From NCBI GenBank assembly GCA_965248265.1, contig CBDFJF010000002.1, positions 1,091,044-1,155,043 on the forward strand: DNA of 64,000 nt, written 5' to 3'. The notes beneath the pieces were generated by a model, which worked only from the letters and a program-made list of their open reading frames with translations, searched no databases and was not told where the DNA came from. Source of the stretch: Candidatus Latescibacterota bacterium (lineage in GTDB: Bacteria; Latescibacterota; UBA2968; UBA8231). Positions 41,410-52,031 of this stretch are shown piece by piece. Each line of letters begins with the position of its first letter. Position 1 is the first letter of the stretch. The position numbers and the translations under genes are program-made.

Positions 41410-43116
41410 ATGGCATCCAACATGTACAAGGTCCTCCCGTTGGCATCGATCCTGGTGTTCCTGGTCTGTGCCGCCCAGGTGCCGCAGGAGGCAGCGGCTC
41501 AGACGAAGAAACTGGTTCAGTTCACGACCCACAGCACGCACGATTGGAACCCGGATTGGTCTCCTGACGGTGAGTGGATCGCTTTTGAATCGTTCCGCAC
41601 CGGCAATCGCGAAATCTATATCCAGCGTCTTGCCGGCGGTGAGGCAATCCAGATCACCGACCATCCCGAGACGGACGCCGTGGCAAGATGGTCTCCGGAC
41701 GGGAAGAAGCTGCTTTTCATCTCTACACGAAGCGGGTGCTTGAGACTCCACATCGTGGCGCCGTTTGAGGAAGGTATGCCGGTGTCGCTGCTGGGGACCG
41801 AGGCAGACTCCCTCGCATCCGACATCGTCAACTGGTCGCCCGATAGCAAAGAAGTCGTGTACTGCGCCGACACCGAGGGCAACCTGGGCATCTGGGCCAT
41901 GCCGGTCGCAGGCGGCCCTCCTCGCAGAATCATTGACCGGCCCCAACCCGATTATCACCCCGACTGGTCGCCCGATGGCCAGTGGATCGTCTTCGCCTCC
42001 GACACCACAGACGGCCCCGCCGATCTGTGGGTCGTTCCCGCAGCCGGTGGCGAGGCTCGTCAACTGACATTCGACCTGAACGGCAACACGGAGCCGGACT
42101 GGTCTCCGGACGGCAAGTGGATCGCCTTCTGGACGAACCGGGGTAATAACATAGCCATCGCGGTAATCCCGGCGGCGGGAGGAGAGCCGATCGCAGTGGG
42201 GGTGCCCGGTAATCGTCCGCGGTGGTCTCCCGACAGCAGACGTATCTGTTACCAGGGCTTTACTGAGTCGGGTGACCTGTTGGTGGTCTCGGCAGATGGC
42301 GGCGATCCTGTACCCCTGGCCGCCAACGCCGAGATGGGAGAGAGTGGCGGCGCCACCTGGTCTCCCGACGGTTCGAACGTTGCCTACGTCAGTGCCGATG
42401 GCGGCAGGAGAGAGATCTGGATCGTGAAAGCGGATGGCAGTGGGGCGGTGGCGCTGACCTCCGGCGCCTCGGCCGCCACGGGGGAGGCGACCGTGCGCTG
42501 GTCTCCGGATGGAGCGCACATCGCCTTCGTGTCGGATTCGGGAGGGCAAAAAAAGGTCTGGATCGTCCCGGCGGCCGGTGGCGAGCCCCGGTCGGTAAGC
42601 ACAACTCCCGGGGAAGATCAGCACATGGCGTGGTCACCGGACAGCAAGCAACTGGCCATCTCCAGCGGAACGTCGGCGGAGAGCGACCTGTGGGTCACGA
42701 CCGTTGCGGGAGGGACAGCACAACGGTTGATCGCGAGTCCAGGCGCTGATACAGACCCCGACTGGTCGCCCGACGGCGAGAGGATCGCCTTTGCCTCAAC
42801 CCGTTCTCATGGGGGCGAAGAAGGCCTGTGGAACCTATGGACCGTGGCGGCCTCGGGCGGGGAGCCGGTCTGGTTGGCTGAGGGCCGGTCTCCACACTGG
42901 TCGCCGGACGGCAGCCAGTTGCTGCACGTGTGGGACAACGACGTGTGGACGATACCGGTGGAAGGTGGCGAAGCGGAGACGCTGTTGGCCCTGAGTCAGG
43001 AATCCATGCGCCCCCGATGGGCCCCCGATGGGCAGTCGGTCCTCTACACGGGGGGGTTACACAGGCAGGGGGATGTGTGGATTGCCGATATCAGCGACGT
43101 CGTGGGCGGTGACTGA
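41410..43116 (+). CDS. Secreted PD40/TolB-like beta-propeller repeat protein
   Basis: Signal peptide plus more than 10 WSPDG repeats. Confidence 0.7.
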   Translation: MASNMYKVLPLASILVFLVCAAQVPQEAAAQTKKLVQFTTHSTHDWNPDWSPDGEWIAFESFRTGNREIYIQRLAGGEAIQITDHPETDAVARWSPDGKKLLFISTRSGCLRLHIVAPFEEGMPVSLLGTEADSLASDIVNWSPDSKEVVYCADTEGNLGIWAMPVAGGPPRRIIDRPQPDYHPDWSPDGQWIVFASDTTDGPADLWVVPAAGGEARQLTFDLNGNTEPDWSPDGKWIAFWTNRGNNIAIAVIPAAGGEPIAVGVPGNRPRWSPDSRRICYQGFTESGDLLVVSADGGDPVPLAANAEMGESGGATWSPDGSNVAYVSADGGRREIWIVKADGSGAVALTSGASAATGEATVRWSPDGAHIAFVSDSGGQKKVWIVPAAGGEPRSVSTTPGEDQHMAWSPDSKQLAISSGTSAESDLWVTTVAGGTAQRLIASPGADTDPDWSPDGERIAFASTRSHGGEEGLWNLWTVAASGGEPVWLAEGRSPHWSPDGSQLLHVWDNDVWTIPVEGGEAETLLALSQESMRPRWAPDGQSVLYTGGLHRQGDVWIADISDVVGGD

Positions 43117-43226
43117 AGGGCCTCCCCCGTTACCTGCCGGGGTGGACGGTGCGCTCGCGACGGGGGTCGGCCGCCACCTCGGAGTAGAACAGGCGCTGGG
43201 CCGGCGTCATCCGCTCCAGCGCTTCC

Positions 43227-43626
43227 GCGCTTAGTGAGGATAAGATAGGTTATCGTTACTAAGTCAGGCGGCGTTTTTTGCAATTTGCCGCATTTTGCCA
43301 GCATTGATGGCGGTTCTTTGTGGGGTGACGGTCGATCGACGAAAGCTGAGGCTTCGAACAGTGTCCTCGGAGCCGCTCTGAGCGAAACGGGCGTTCTCAG
43401 CGACAGATCAGGGCACAGCGGTGACGTTGCTGTGACCGCGAATCGATTTCAGGCGGCGAAATCCAGTTCAGGTTGGGGGTGGGGGCGTGCGGGTGCGATC
43501 GGCGGTGCCCGTGATGGCAGGCCGACGCCTTCCAGGTAGCGCGCAATGGAGCGGGGCTCGGTAAGGGCCGCAACTCCCTTCATCGGGCCGCCGCAGGCGG
43601 GGCATATGGTTACGTCGAATCGAAAA
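43227..43626 (-). mobile_element. IS91-family element end, copy 1. It consists of the 214-bp terminal (oriIS-like) module (43227-43440) plus a roughly 60-codon transposase 3' remnant.
   Basis: The module is identical to the other copies (gcgcttagtgaggataagataggttatcgttactaagtcagg...). The reverse frame ends ...FRFDVTICPACGGPMKGVAALTEPRSIARYLEGVGLPSRAPPIAPARPHPQPELDFAA*, typical of an IS91/ISCR TnpA C-terminus. Confidence 0.7.
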
Positions 43627-43627
43627 A

Positions 43628-44381
43628 ACAGATCGACATCGCAGACCAGAACCTCTTCCCGTCCCTCCCGATTCGCTCTCGCCAGGACCGAGCCGCTGGA
43701 CGAGTAGACTACACTGCCACCACTGCACGCATGGTCCCAGGACATACCCGTGCGGTTGCAGGCCAGCATGGGGGCGCCGATCTCCTGCGTGAGCGCACCG
43801 AGTTCGTCGAAGTCGGGCATGTTGCGACGGTTGTTGGGATAGAACACGACCTGGGGCCCCAATGCCCTGGCTCGCTCGATGCAGCGAGGCGCTTCCCCGT
43901 CGGAGCAGACGAAGCAGGTGGCCTTGATCCCATCGAACTCGAACAGCTCCGGACCCGTACCCGGATCGTATAGCGCCCATTCGTTGCGATATCCCGTATC
44001 CGTCGGGTCGGACCAGATCCAGGTCTTGCGGTATCCGTGCACCAGGCCCTGGGGGCCGACGAACACCTGTGAGATGTAGAACCGCTCGTCGTCGATTTCG
44101 GACAGGCCGAAGCTGATGAAGCAGTCTTGCTCTCGCGCCAGGGCGATAATGGACGAGGTCGAACGCCCCCCCGGCACAGGTTCGGCGTACTCCTGCAGAT
44201 GTTCCGTGTAGTCGCTTACCGTGCCTTCGTGAAAAATGATCCAGCGCGCGCCGCGATCCCGCGCCTGGCGCACGAAGGCGTGCATCTTGTCAAGATTGCC
44301 ATCGACATCTTCCGGCCGGGCGTCGAACTGTACCAGCGCTACGCGGATTCCAGGCACTCGAATGGCTCCAATGACTTCCAA
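43628..44381 (-). CDS. Carbon-nitrogen hydrolase family protein. Its last roughly 20 codons are replaced by an in-frame IS91 tnp remnant (the chimeric ORF extends to 43449).
   Basis: MEVIGAIRVPGIRVALVQFDARPEDVDGNL... with catalytic context FHEG (E), YRKTW (K), CSDGE (C). The ORF then reads through into transposase-derived sequence. Confidence 0.6.
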
Positions 44382-44422
44382 AACACCTGTTGATTGGCGC
44401 GGAAAACTTCAGCACGCGCGAC

Positions 44423-45151
44423 TCACCGCTTCTTGTGCCAGGCCTTCTCGAAGTGGTCGCGGGGGGCAAAGCCCAGGATTCGCTTGGCCTTCTCGTTGGA
44501 GAACTGACGGTGGGGCAGGTCGCCGAAGATGTTGAAGGCCTCGCAGCGGGAGGGCAACGTCGCCAGATCGACCTCGAGGGCGAGCCGGAAGGCCTCGCCG
44601 ACGTCCCGCCACGATGTGGTGAACGGGGTCAGATCCTCTCCCTCCCGCGCATCGTCGTCGTGGCGCAGGTGGAAGAAGAGCAGGGTCAGGACGTGGAGAT
44701 CGAAATTCTCGGTGAAGACCCTGCAGATCTCCTGCCCAAGCCCCTTGGTGATCGGGTACAGGCTGGTCGATGTCTGTGCCGGTACGTCGGGATGGATGTC
44801 GTAGTCGAAGTCGGTGTAGGGGAAGCCCTGGATGGTGAAATGGGGACCGCTGTTGACGACCCGCCCGATGCCGTGTTCCAACGCCGCGCGCATCGCGTTG
44901 TAGCAGCCGCGCGTGCTCACGTCGAAGGCGAGTTTTCTATCCTCCCGCAGCACCGACAGGTTGACGATCGCCTCCCTACCCTCGGCCGCCGCCACTACTT
45001 GATCGAGGTTCGCCACGTCCAGCTGCCGCGACTCGTGCTGCGTATCGATCGGCACGACGTCGGTCACCAGCAGCTCGTGGTGCTCACCGAGCGCCTTGAC
45101 CACCGACGGCCCCATGCGGCCACCGCCGCCGAGAATCAGGACCCGCATCAA
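44423..45151 (-). CDS. NAD(P)-binding epimerase/dehydratase-family (extended SDR) protein
   Basis: Rossmann fold, ILGGGGRMG. A tandem paralog lies upstream. Confidence 0.6.
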   Translation of the reverse strand: MMRVLILGGGGRMGPSVVKALGEHHELLVTDVVPIDTQHESRQLDVANLDQVVAAAEGREAIVNLSVLREDRKLAFDVSTRGCYNAMRAALEHGIGRVVNSGPHFTIQGFPYTDFDYDIHPDVPAQTSTSLYPITKGLGQEICRVFTENFDLHVLTLLFFHLRHDDDAREGEDLTPFTTSWRDVGEAFRLALEVDLATLPSRCEAFNIFGDLPHRQFSNEKAKRILGFAPRDHFEKAWHKKR

Positions 45152-45867
45152 CTGCCTCCTCCCGTGGCCGGCTGGAACACCGGCTCATAGCTCAGGTTGC
45201 TCCTGGCGCGGCCGATCAGGAATCGGGACCGGGCAAACTCCGACTGTATGTGATAGATCGCCCAGGTGTCGGCCGGCGATTCGAGGGAGCCGACAAACGC
45301 CTGCACGGCATCCTCGATCTCGAGCCAGCTGGTATCCAGCGGCTGGCCAGCAGCCTCCGCGGCGGTCACCAGGGTCCCGAGCCTGAGCAAAGTCACATTG
45401 ATCCGTCGTTCCCGGGCAAACTCGCGGACCGTGAACTCGCCGAGGTGTCTCGCCAGCACGTCCGCGTCAGTCGTGGGCGCCGGCCGCCACGATTCGGTCA
45501 CCGTCCAGTCTTCGTCGTGCCCCTCGAACAGGCGCAGGGTGCTGGTGTAGATCGCGTGCCCGATGCCGGCGTCAGAGGCGGCGTTGAAGAGGTTGTAGGT
45601 GCACCGCGTCTGGAAGTCGATCATCCGGCTCTCCGGCTGCAGCGACTCCGCAAGAACGGACGACGGCGGTTCAGCTACGTGGATGACCGCATCCATGCCG
45701 GCGACCAGGGTATCGGTCTCTTCCTCGTGACCGAGCTTGCACCTGACGAAATCGAAGTCGGTCTCAACCGGCACCAGGTCGGTGAGGCGCAGCTGGTGGT
45801 GCTCGCTCAATGCCGCGGCCAGCCGTTGCGCCAGTTGCGAAGCGGCCGAGGTGATCAGGATCTTCAT
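45148..45867 (-). CDS. NAD(P)-binding epimerase/dehydratase-family protein (tandem paralog)
   Basis: Similar to 44423-45151. Confidence 0.55.
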   Translation of the reverse strand: MKILITSAASQLAQRLAAALSEHHQLRLTDLVPVETDFDFVRCKLGHEEETDTLVAGMDAVIHVAEPPSSVLAESLQPESRMIDFQTRCTYNLFNAASDAGIGHAIYTSTLRLFEGHDEDWTVTESWRPAPTTDADVLARHLGEFTVREFARERRINVTLLRLGTLVTAAEAAGQPLDTSWLEIEDAVQAFVGSLESPADTWAIYHIQSEFARSRFLIGRARSNLSYEPVFQPATGGGS

Positions 45868-45901
45868 TCGCTGTTCCCCGTTATGGCGGGTACGTTGAGT
45901 T

Positions 45902-46477
45902 TCAGAACGACGCTTCTTTGGCCTTCACCAGCGCGGTAATCACCTCGTTGGTGGGCGCCGCCGTGCCGACTTCGCGGGCCACTACCGGGACCATGCCGTT
46001 GATGGCATCGATCTCGGTGCGCCGGCCCGCCAGGTAGTCGAGAAGCATGGAGGGCCGTGCATCGGGCATCTTCTCGGCAAAGGCCGTGATGTAGGCGGTG
46101 GCATCGTCGAACGAGAACCGCACGCCTTTTGCCACGCCGGCCTCGTAGGCCTCGAGACCGCAGCTCAGCGCCACGCCCCAGGCGTTCTCGTCGGCCATCA
46201 ATTCGCCAATGGTCTTCTCCAGCACCGTCGTAGGTCCGCTCAGGGCGACGTTGCAGATGAACTTCTCCCAGACCAGTTGCTGGATGTCGTCGTAGGTTCC
46301 GATGTTGAATCCAGCCTCTTTCCAGACGTCGGCCACCTTCTCGAGACGCTCGCTGATTTCACCGTTCATTTCGCCGAAGCGGATCAGCTGCATTCCGTTG
46401 TGATGGGCGTGACCGGGGCCCTTGATGGAGGCACCAAAGCCGCCGGCAACGCCGATCATAATTCTCTCGGCCGGCAG
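45902..46477 (-). pseudogene. 5'-truncated 2-dehydropantoate 2-reductase (ApbA/PanE) gene. Only the C-terminal roughly 190 codons are present, and it is cut exactly at the start of repeat copy 2.
   Basis: C-terminal ApbA_C-like sequence (...LLDYLAGRRTEIDAINGMVPVVAREVGTAAPTNEVITALVKAKE). The N-terminal Rossmann GxGxxG part is absent. The frame stays open up to the repeat boundary. Confidence 0.55.
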
Positions 46478-47757
46478 GGCGCTTAGTGAGGATAAGATAG
46501 GTTATCGTTACTAAGTCAGGCGGCGTTTTTTGCAATTTGCCGCATTTTGCCAGCATTGATGGCGGTTCTTTGTGGGGACGGTCGATCGACGAAAGCTGAG
46601 GCTTCGAACAGTGTCCTCGGAGCCGCTCTGAGCGAAACGGGCGTTTTCAGCGACAGATCAGGGCACAGCGGTGACGTTGCTGTGACCGCGCGGCTTTTGA
46701 GGTTTTTCGCGGGCGTTGAGGGCGATATGTGTGTTGCCCATCATTCGGTGAACTACGGGCCAGCGGATGGGGTGCCCTGATCAGCCTCTGCGGGCGCAGC
46801 GGCAGCTGTCAGCTAGAGATGGGGACGCAGCGGTGTCTGGCGTCGGTCTCAGGCGGCAAAGTCGAGCTCGTCTTGGGGATGAGGCCGTTCCGGGGCGATG
46901 GGCGGCGAGCGCGATGGCAAGCCGACACCCGCCAGATAGCATTGGATAGAACGTGGATCGGTGAGAGCAGCCACTATTTTCATGTGGCCACCGCAGGCGG
47001 GGCACACGGTAACGTCCACGCGAAAAACCCGTGCTAGCAAGGCGGCCCAGGCCAGTCGGTGCCGGCGTTGGGCGGGGGTGGGCTCCTCCGTATGCGCACA
47101 GGTCTCCGCTTCGGGGGCCTCTTCTTTGGGGCCCGGTACGATCTGTGCCCGATCGGCCGCATTGGGCGCCAACACGCCATGGTAGCGCACCAAGTTGAGG
47201 CGCCGTGGCGGCACCAGGGCGGCCAGTTTCTCTATCAATTCTTGCGGCGAGAGCTCAATTCGATAGGTGCCGTCCGACCAGACCGTTTTCAGGTCGAAAG
47301 CCACTCTTTCGGTATCCAGGATCTGCAGGCGTCCCGCTGCAAGCGGCGGTCTATTGACGTAGCGGCACAGTCTCTCCAGGCGGGTACGATCGGCGGCCGG
47401 CACGCGGGTGGCCGCATGCAGGGAGAAGCCGCGCGCGGCAAAGCACAACGGGCCGGTGCGGATGCCCTGCTGGGGATCGAGCAGGCGCCGGCGCACGGGC
47501 TGGCCAGCACGGTCGCCGGTGGCCACCCTGGACTGGATCGAGGCCGCAGTGATTGTTGCCAGCAGAGGCTCCTGCTCCATGAGCGGATCGGTACTGCCCT
47601 CTTCCAGCAGGCCGCGCCGTAGCAGCAGACGGACAACGCGTTGCGCCGTGGTCTCGACGATCTGTTGCATTGACGTTCGACGGGCGAGACACTCAAGACG
47701 CGTTTGCCAGGGCCGATCACATGGTTGAGAATAGCCGTGGGGCAAAGGAGAATTCAA
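46478..47757 (-). mobile_element. IS91-family element end, copy 2. It consists of the 214-bp module (46478-46690), a 160-bp unrelated spacer, and a divergent 302-codon 5'-truncated transposase remnant.
   Basis: The module is at least 98% identical to the other copies. The transposase remnant carries the Y2-region motif LERLCRYVNRPPLAAGRL and a C-terminal Zn-ribbon (CPACGG). It lacks the N-terminal HUH part. Confidence 0.7.
46849..47757 (-). pseudogene. IS91-family (HUH/Y2) transposase, 5'-truncated (C-terminal roughly 300 aa)
   Basis: ...RLCRYVNRPPLAAGRLQ...VDVTVCPACGGHMKIVAALTDPRSIQCYLAGVGLPSRSPPIAPERPHPQDELDFAA. It is about 85% identical over the C-terminal roughly 75 aa to the remnants in copies 1, 4 and 5. 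Confidence 0.65.
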
Positions 47758-48971
47758 TGAAAATCAAATCCGTCGAAGTCGTCAGCATCGAACGCCCAGG
47801 CGCCTCAAACGCATCCACAGGGTCTGGAACGACATTGGCAGCCTCAACCGCGTTCGTCCCTGAAACAGAAGGCCGTCGAAAAGCCTGGCCCACGCAAATC
47901 GAAGTCGCCAACCCCATGTCAAAATTCCCACGCTTCAAAACACGCCGCCAACTCTACAGCGCCAAGCAATGGCCGAGGTTCGGTGTCAAAGTCACCGCTG
48001 AAAACGGCACCTGGGGGTTGGGCACATCGGCCGGACGGCCAGCAGCCATGGTCGTCGAAGACGCATTTGCCCATATCCTTGAAGGTGAAGAATGCCTTGC
48101 GATTGAAAAGCTCTGGGACATGATGTTTCGTGTCTCCAAACCTTTCGGCACAGCTGGTATCGCCTCTCTCGCCATCAGCGCTGTAGATCTCGCCTTGTGG
48201 GATCTCGCTGGCAAACTGCAGAACAGACCTGTCTACGAACTCCTCGGCGGCCCCGTGCGTGACCGCCTGTTCACTTACGCCACTGGCGACGATGTCGATT
48301 GGTACAGGGAATTGGGATTTCGCGGTTTCAAACTCCCCTGCCAATACGGCCCCGTCGATGGTTTGCAGGGATTGCAGGCAAACGAAAAGCGCATCGCAGA
48401 AGTCCGCCAGCTCATCGGCGACGACAGCGAGCTCATGCTCGACTGTTACATGGCCTTCGATGTCGAATACGCCACCCGCCTTGCCGAACGTCTGCGTGCC
48501 TATGGCCTGCGCTGGATGGAGGAATGCCTGATCCCCGAAGACGTTCTCGGCCACATCGACCTCAGAAAGCGACTGCCCTGGATGGCCTTGGCCAGTGGTG
48601 AGCATTTCTACACACCTTATCCCTATCAAATCATCATCGAAAACCGTGCCCTCGATGTCCTTCAACCCGACATTCAATGGGTCGGCGGCATGACCGCCTG
48701 TGTCAAAATCGCCAACATGGCCGCCTCTGCCGGTTTGGAAGTCTGCCTTCACGGAGGTGGTCGCGATGCCTACGGCCAACACTTCAGCTGGGCCATGCCC
48801 AACACCCCGTGGGCCGAATACTACATCGGCTCAGATCCCGGCATTCCCCTCGAAGCAGTCGCCCAACCCGGCTCTGTCATTCCACGCGACAGCTATCTCG
48901 AATTCACGCAAACAGGCCCCGGTTTCGACCTCGGTGTCGAAGAAGAATGGCTTGTACCGTTTCAGCCATAG
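47758..48971 (+). CDS. Enolase-superfamily enzyme (mandelate racemase/muconate lactonizing-enzyme type, sugar-acid dehydratase-like)
   Basis: About 405 aa. The ATG at 47758 has an RBS aaggag. MR/MLE-like barrel motifs are present (KLWDMMFR...GIASLAISAVDLALWDLAGK). Confidence 0.65.
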
Positions 48972-48993
48972 TGATCATTTGCAAGGAGCTCAG

Positions 48994-49484
48994 ATGATAG
49001 TCGATTACCTCAGTAACGCACACAACTACTACGGCCTCGGGCCGCGGATAGAGGCTGCTCTGCGATATCTTCAGGATGACGATTTCGACGATTTGGAGGA
49101 GGGCAGCTTTGTGTTCGATCTGGAGCAGGAAGGGCTGCGGGCAGTCCGCAGCAACTTCGAGTCGCGGCCGATCGAGGACCCAAGTACGAGTTCCATCGGC
49201 GCTCCATCGACGTGCAGCATTTCATCGAGGGCGAGACGCTGTGCGGCTGGGCGCACATCAGTCAGCTGAAGCTGGAGGAATACCATGCCGAAGAGGACTA
49301 CCTGTTCGGCACGGGCGAAGGTGACCTGATCCGCGCCCGCCCCGGGACATTCTTCATCTTCGCCCCTCAGGACGGCCACATGGCCAACCTGCAGCCGCCG
49401 CAAGCTCCAGGACCGATCAAGATGAAGAAGTGCACGGTGAAGGTGGACCTCGACGACTCGAGTGCCTACTCCCGCGGTGCATGA
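48994..49484 (+). pseudogene. YhcH/YjgK/YiaL-family (DUF386) protein, with a frameshift near 49200
   Basis: MIVDYLSNAHNYYGLGPRIEAALRYLQDDDFDDLEEGSFVFDLEQEGL continues in another frame as HFIEGETLCGWAHISQLKLEEY...GTFFIFAPQDGH. Confidence 0.5.
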
Positions 49485-49502
49485 TTCGGGCGACCGGCCT
49501 CT

Positions 49503-50617
49503 CTACCCACTCACTTCAGCGGCCCAGGGCAGATCGTAGGAGGGGATATTGACGAAACGGTCCATGCCCAGATGCAGCCTGATCCTCGAACACGGCTTCA
49601 TCGCGACGCGGAAAAAAGAAGCCCCCACGGCGACTTCGTTCTCCTCGACCTCGCCGGCCATCTCCTCGTCGTAGCGTTCCTCTTCTTGCCAGTTGGTGCC
49701 TGAAAAAACGTCGTGACTGCGTCCGCTGGCCAGAGCCTGGTAACGGATGGTCGTGAATCGATGTTCGCCGAAGGCGCCGGCCTGCACCACCAGCTCCCGC
49801 CGGGTCGCCGCGCTCAGGTTGACCAGTGTCACGACTGCACCATCGGCGTCGATCGATTCGACCAGTGCCGCCACGTCCGGCGGCAGTCCCGGTCGCTTGC
49901 GGTCCCAGTCGTAGTAACGCAACCGCACCAGCAGCAGGCCGCCGTTGAAGCTGCCCGCCCATCGTCAGCTGCACCAGCCCCTCGGTGGTGATCGGATTGC
50001 GCACCTGCAGGTAGTGGTCGCCGTAGGTCGCCGGATCCTGCTCGTCGTGGGCCATGTAGGCCAGACGCTGGTAGACCTGACCGTGGTTGTAGTGCAGGAT
50101 CTGCTCCGGGTAGTCGGGGAACTCGCCCCGCAGATATCCCAGCCAGGTCGCCTCGTGACCTCCGCGGTCCTTGCCGCCTTTGACCTGTATCGTCTCCCAG
50201 TCTCGCGAGTTCGGGTCGCGCTGGCGCTCGATCCGTTCCATGTCGGCCGCCTCCATCGAGATAGACCAGACGTGGGCCATGAACCGGGCCTGTAACGGAC
50301 TGTAGCCGTCCCAGCCCTTGTCGTGGTGGTGATGGGGAACGAACAGGGCCCCGTCCCGGTCTTCCCCCGTTGGCCATCATCAGGTCGATCTGCGAGCGGG
50401 CTAAATCCATGTACTTCTGATCCCGGGAAACCAGCATGGCATTCTCGGCGCCGCTGAGCACCGCGTCGCCCATGGTGTGCCAGCCGTGCGGCCAGGTCCA
50501 ACCGTAGTACCCGCCGTACCACCGTCCGCCCAGGTACTCCCCGACCTGGCCTGACAGGCCCACGTTGTCGGGAAGAATGCCGTCGTTCGCTTCGACCCGG
50601 TCCATCCAGGCGCCCAC
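49503..50617 (-). pseudogene. Truncated and frameshifted paralog of the 616-aa gene at 9889-11739. It is cut at the start of repeat copy 3.
   Basis: Three frames carry homologous segments (MGAWMDRVEANDGILPDNVG...GGYYGWTWPHGW; RDWETIQV...; LRYYDWDRKRPGLPPDVAALVESID...). They align to the C-terminal roughly 370 aa of the 616-aa protein. Confidence 0.65.
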
Positions 50618-50618
50618 G

Positions 50619-50832
50619 GCGCTTAGTGAGGATAAGATAGGTTATCGTTACTAAGTCAGGCGGCGTTTTTTGCAATTTGCCGCATTTTGCCAGCATTGAT
50701 GGCGGTTCTTTGTGGGGTGACGGTCGATCGACGAAAGCTGAGGCTTCGAACAGTGTCCTCGGAGCCGCTCTGAGCGAAACGGGCGTTTTCAGCGACAGAT
50801 CAGGGCACAGCGGTGACGTTGCTGTGACCGCG
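50619..50832 (-). mobile_element. IS91-family terminal module, copy 3. Only the 214-bp module is present, with no transposase remnant.
   Basis: The module sequence is identical to the others. Unrelated sequence follows immediately after ...gctgtgaccgcg. Confidence 0.7.
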
Positions 50833-50975
50833 CCGTCGAAGGGGACTTTGTGATGATCGGGGTCTGCGCGTCGAGTAGATCTGGCGATTCAAAGGCCTTA
50901 AGGTCCTCTGCCGGCAGGGAGTCGTCGGAGTCTTCGGGGACCTCGAAGCGCGTGCTGTCGCAAGTCAGGCCGGTC

Positions 50976-52028
50976 CTACTCGTTGCCCCAGGGGTAGGAC
51001 GGGATGCGCAGTGATCGATCGGTGGCGGGCAAGTTCACCCGCGCGCCTGCATTGTTGCTGGAGAGGTGGATAGCGAAGCCGATCTCGGTAGCCCGGCGGG
51101 CGTGATCCACATCGCAGGCTGTGGTACCGCCAGTGCGTACTGCCTGTGCCAGATCACTCACTGCGGCTGGACCGGCAGGCCATCCCTCGGGCAGGATTGG
51201 CAGCTCCAGCGGGCGTGGTTGCAACTCTGCCCGCCCATCGCCGCTGGTCTCGGTCCACAGGTGCGCCTGGCGGGCATCGTTGAGGATCAGCAGCCGCCCG
51301 TGTTCGCCCAGTACCTCGAACCCGGCACCGGGGCCGCCCTCCGGTATCGCCACGGCTACCGCACCGTTGTCCAGACCGATCTGCGCCCTGCCAGTGGGAT
51401 CCATGCGACTTCGCGCGTCGGGCGGCTCGTCGGAAACGTCTTGCACGAAGCCGCTCACCCACACCGGTTCGGGATCGCCGGCCAGCGCCAGCATGGTGTC
51501 GTACCAATGGCAGCCGTGATTAATCAGGTTGGGCAGACCGTAACCGGTAACGCCGGTAACGGCGCCGATCGCACCATCGGCGATGACCTGGCGCAGGAAG
51601 CGGTAGGAGGAGTCCCAGCGTCGATCCAGTCCGAAGGCCAGCGGGACATTGGCGCGCCGGCATGCCTCCACAATGCGATCGGCCTCCTCCAGACTGGTCG
51701 CCAGCGGCTTATCGGAGAGAATGCCCCGCACTCCGGCCGCCAACGCCTGCTCGCATTGCTCCGCGTGCATCGTCTGGCGGACGGCGATACAGACGATGTC
51801 CGGCTGGGCCTCCTGGAGCATTTGTGGGTAGTCATCGTAGCTGGGGATGTCGCCCCAACATTCGACGAAGGCCGCCCTGGTTTCCGCTCCCAGATCGAAC
51901 ACCGCGACCATCTCTGTCCCGGTAACCGCAGCAAAAGCGCTGGCCCAGTTGTGGCCGGCCTGTGGGCGCGTCAACATGCGGTGACAGCCGGAAATCGCTA
52001 CGCGCAATGGCTTTTCAGTCTGTGTCAT
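50976..52028 (-). CDS. Gfo/Idh/MocA-family NAD(P)-dependent oxidoreductase
   Basis: LRVAISGCHRM ... ILSDKPLATSLEEADRIVEACRRANVPLAFGLDRRWDSSYRF. Confidence 0.6.
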   Translation of the reverse strand: MTQTEKPLRVAISGCHRMLTRPQAGHNWASAFAAVTGTEMVAVFDLGAETRAAFVECWGDIPSYDDYPQMLQEAQPDIVCIAVRQTMHAEQCEQALAAGVRGILSDKPLATSLEEADRIVEACRRANVPLAFGLDRRWDSSYRFLRQVIADGAIGAVTGVTGYGLPNLINHGCHWYDTMLALAGDPEPVWVSGFVQDVSDEPPDARSRMDPTGRAQIGLDNGAVAVAIPEGGPGAGFEVLGEHGRLLILNDARQAHLWTETSGDGRAELQPRPLELPILPEGWPAGPAAVSDLAQAVRTGGTTACDVDHARRATEIGFAIHLSSNNAGARVNLPATDRSLRIPSYPWGNE

Positions 52029-52031
52029 CTG

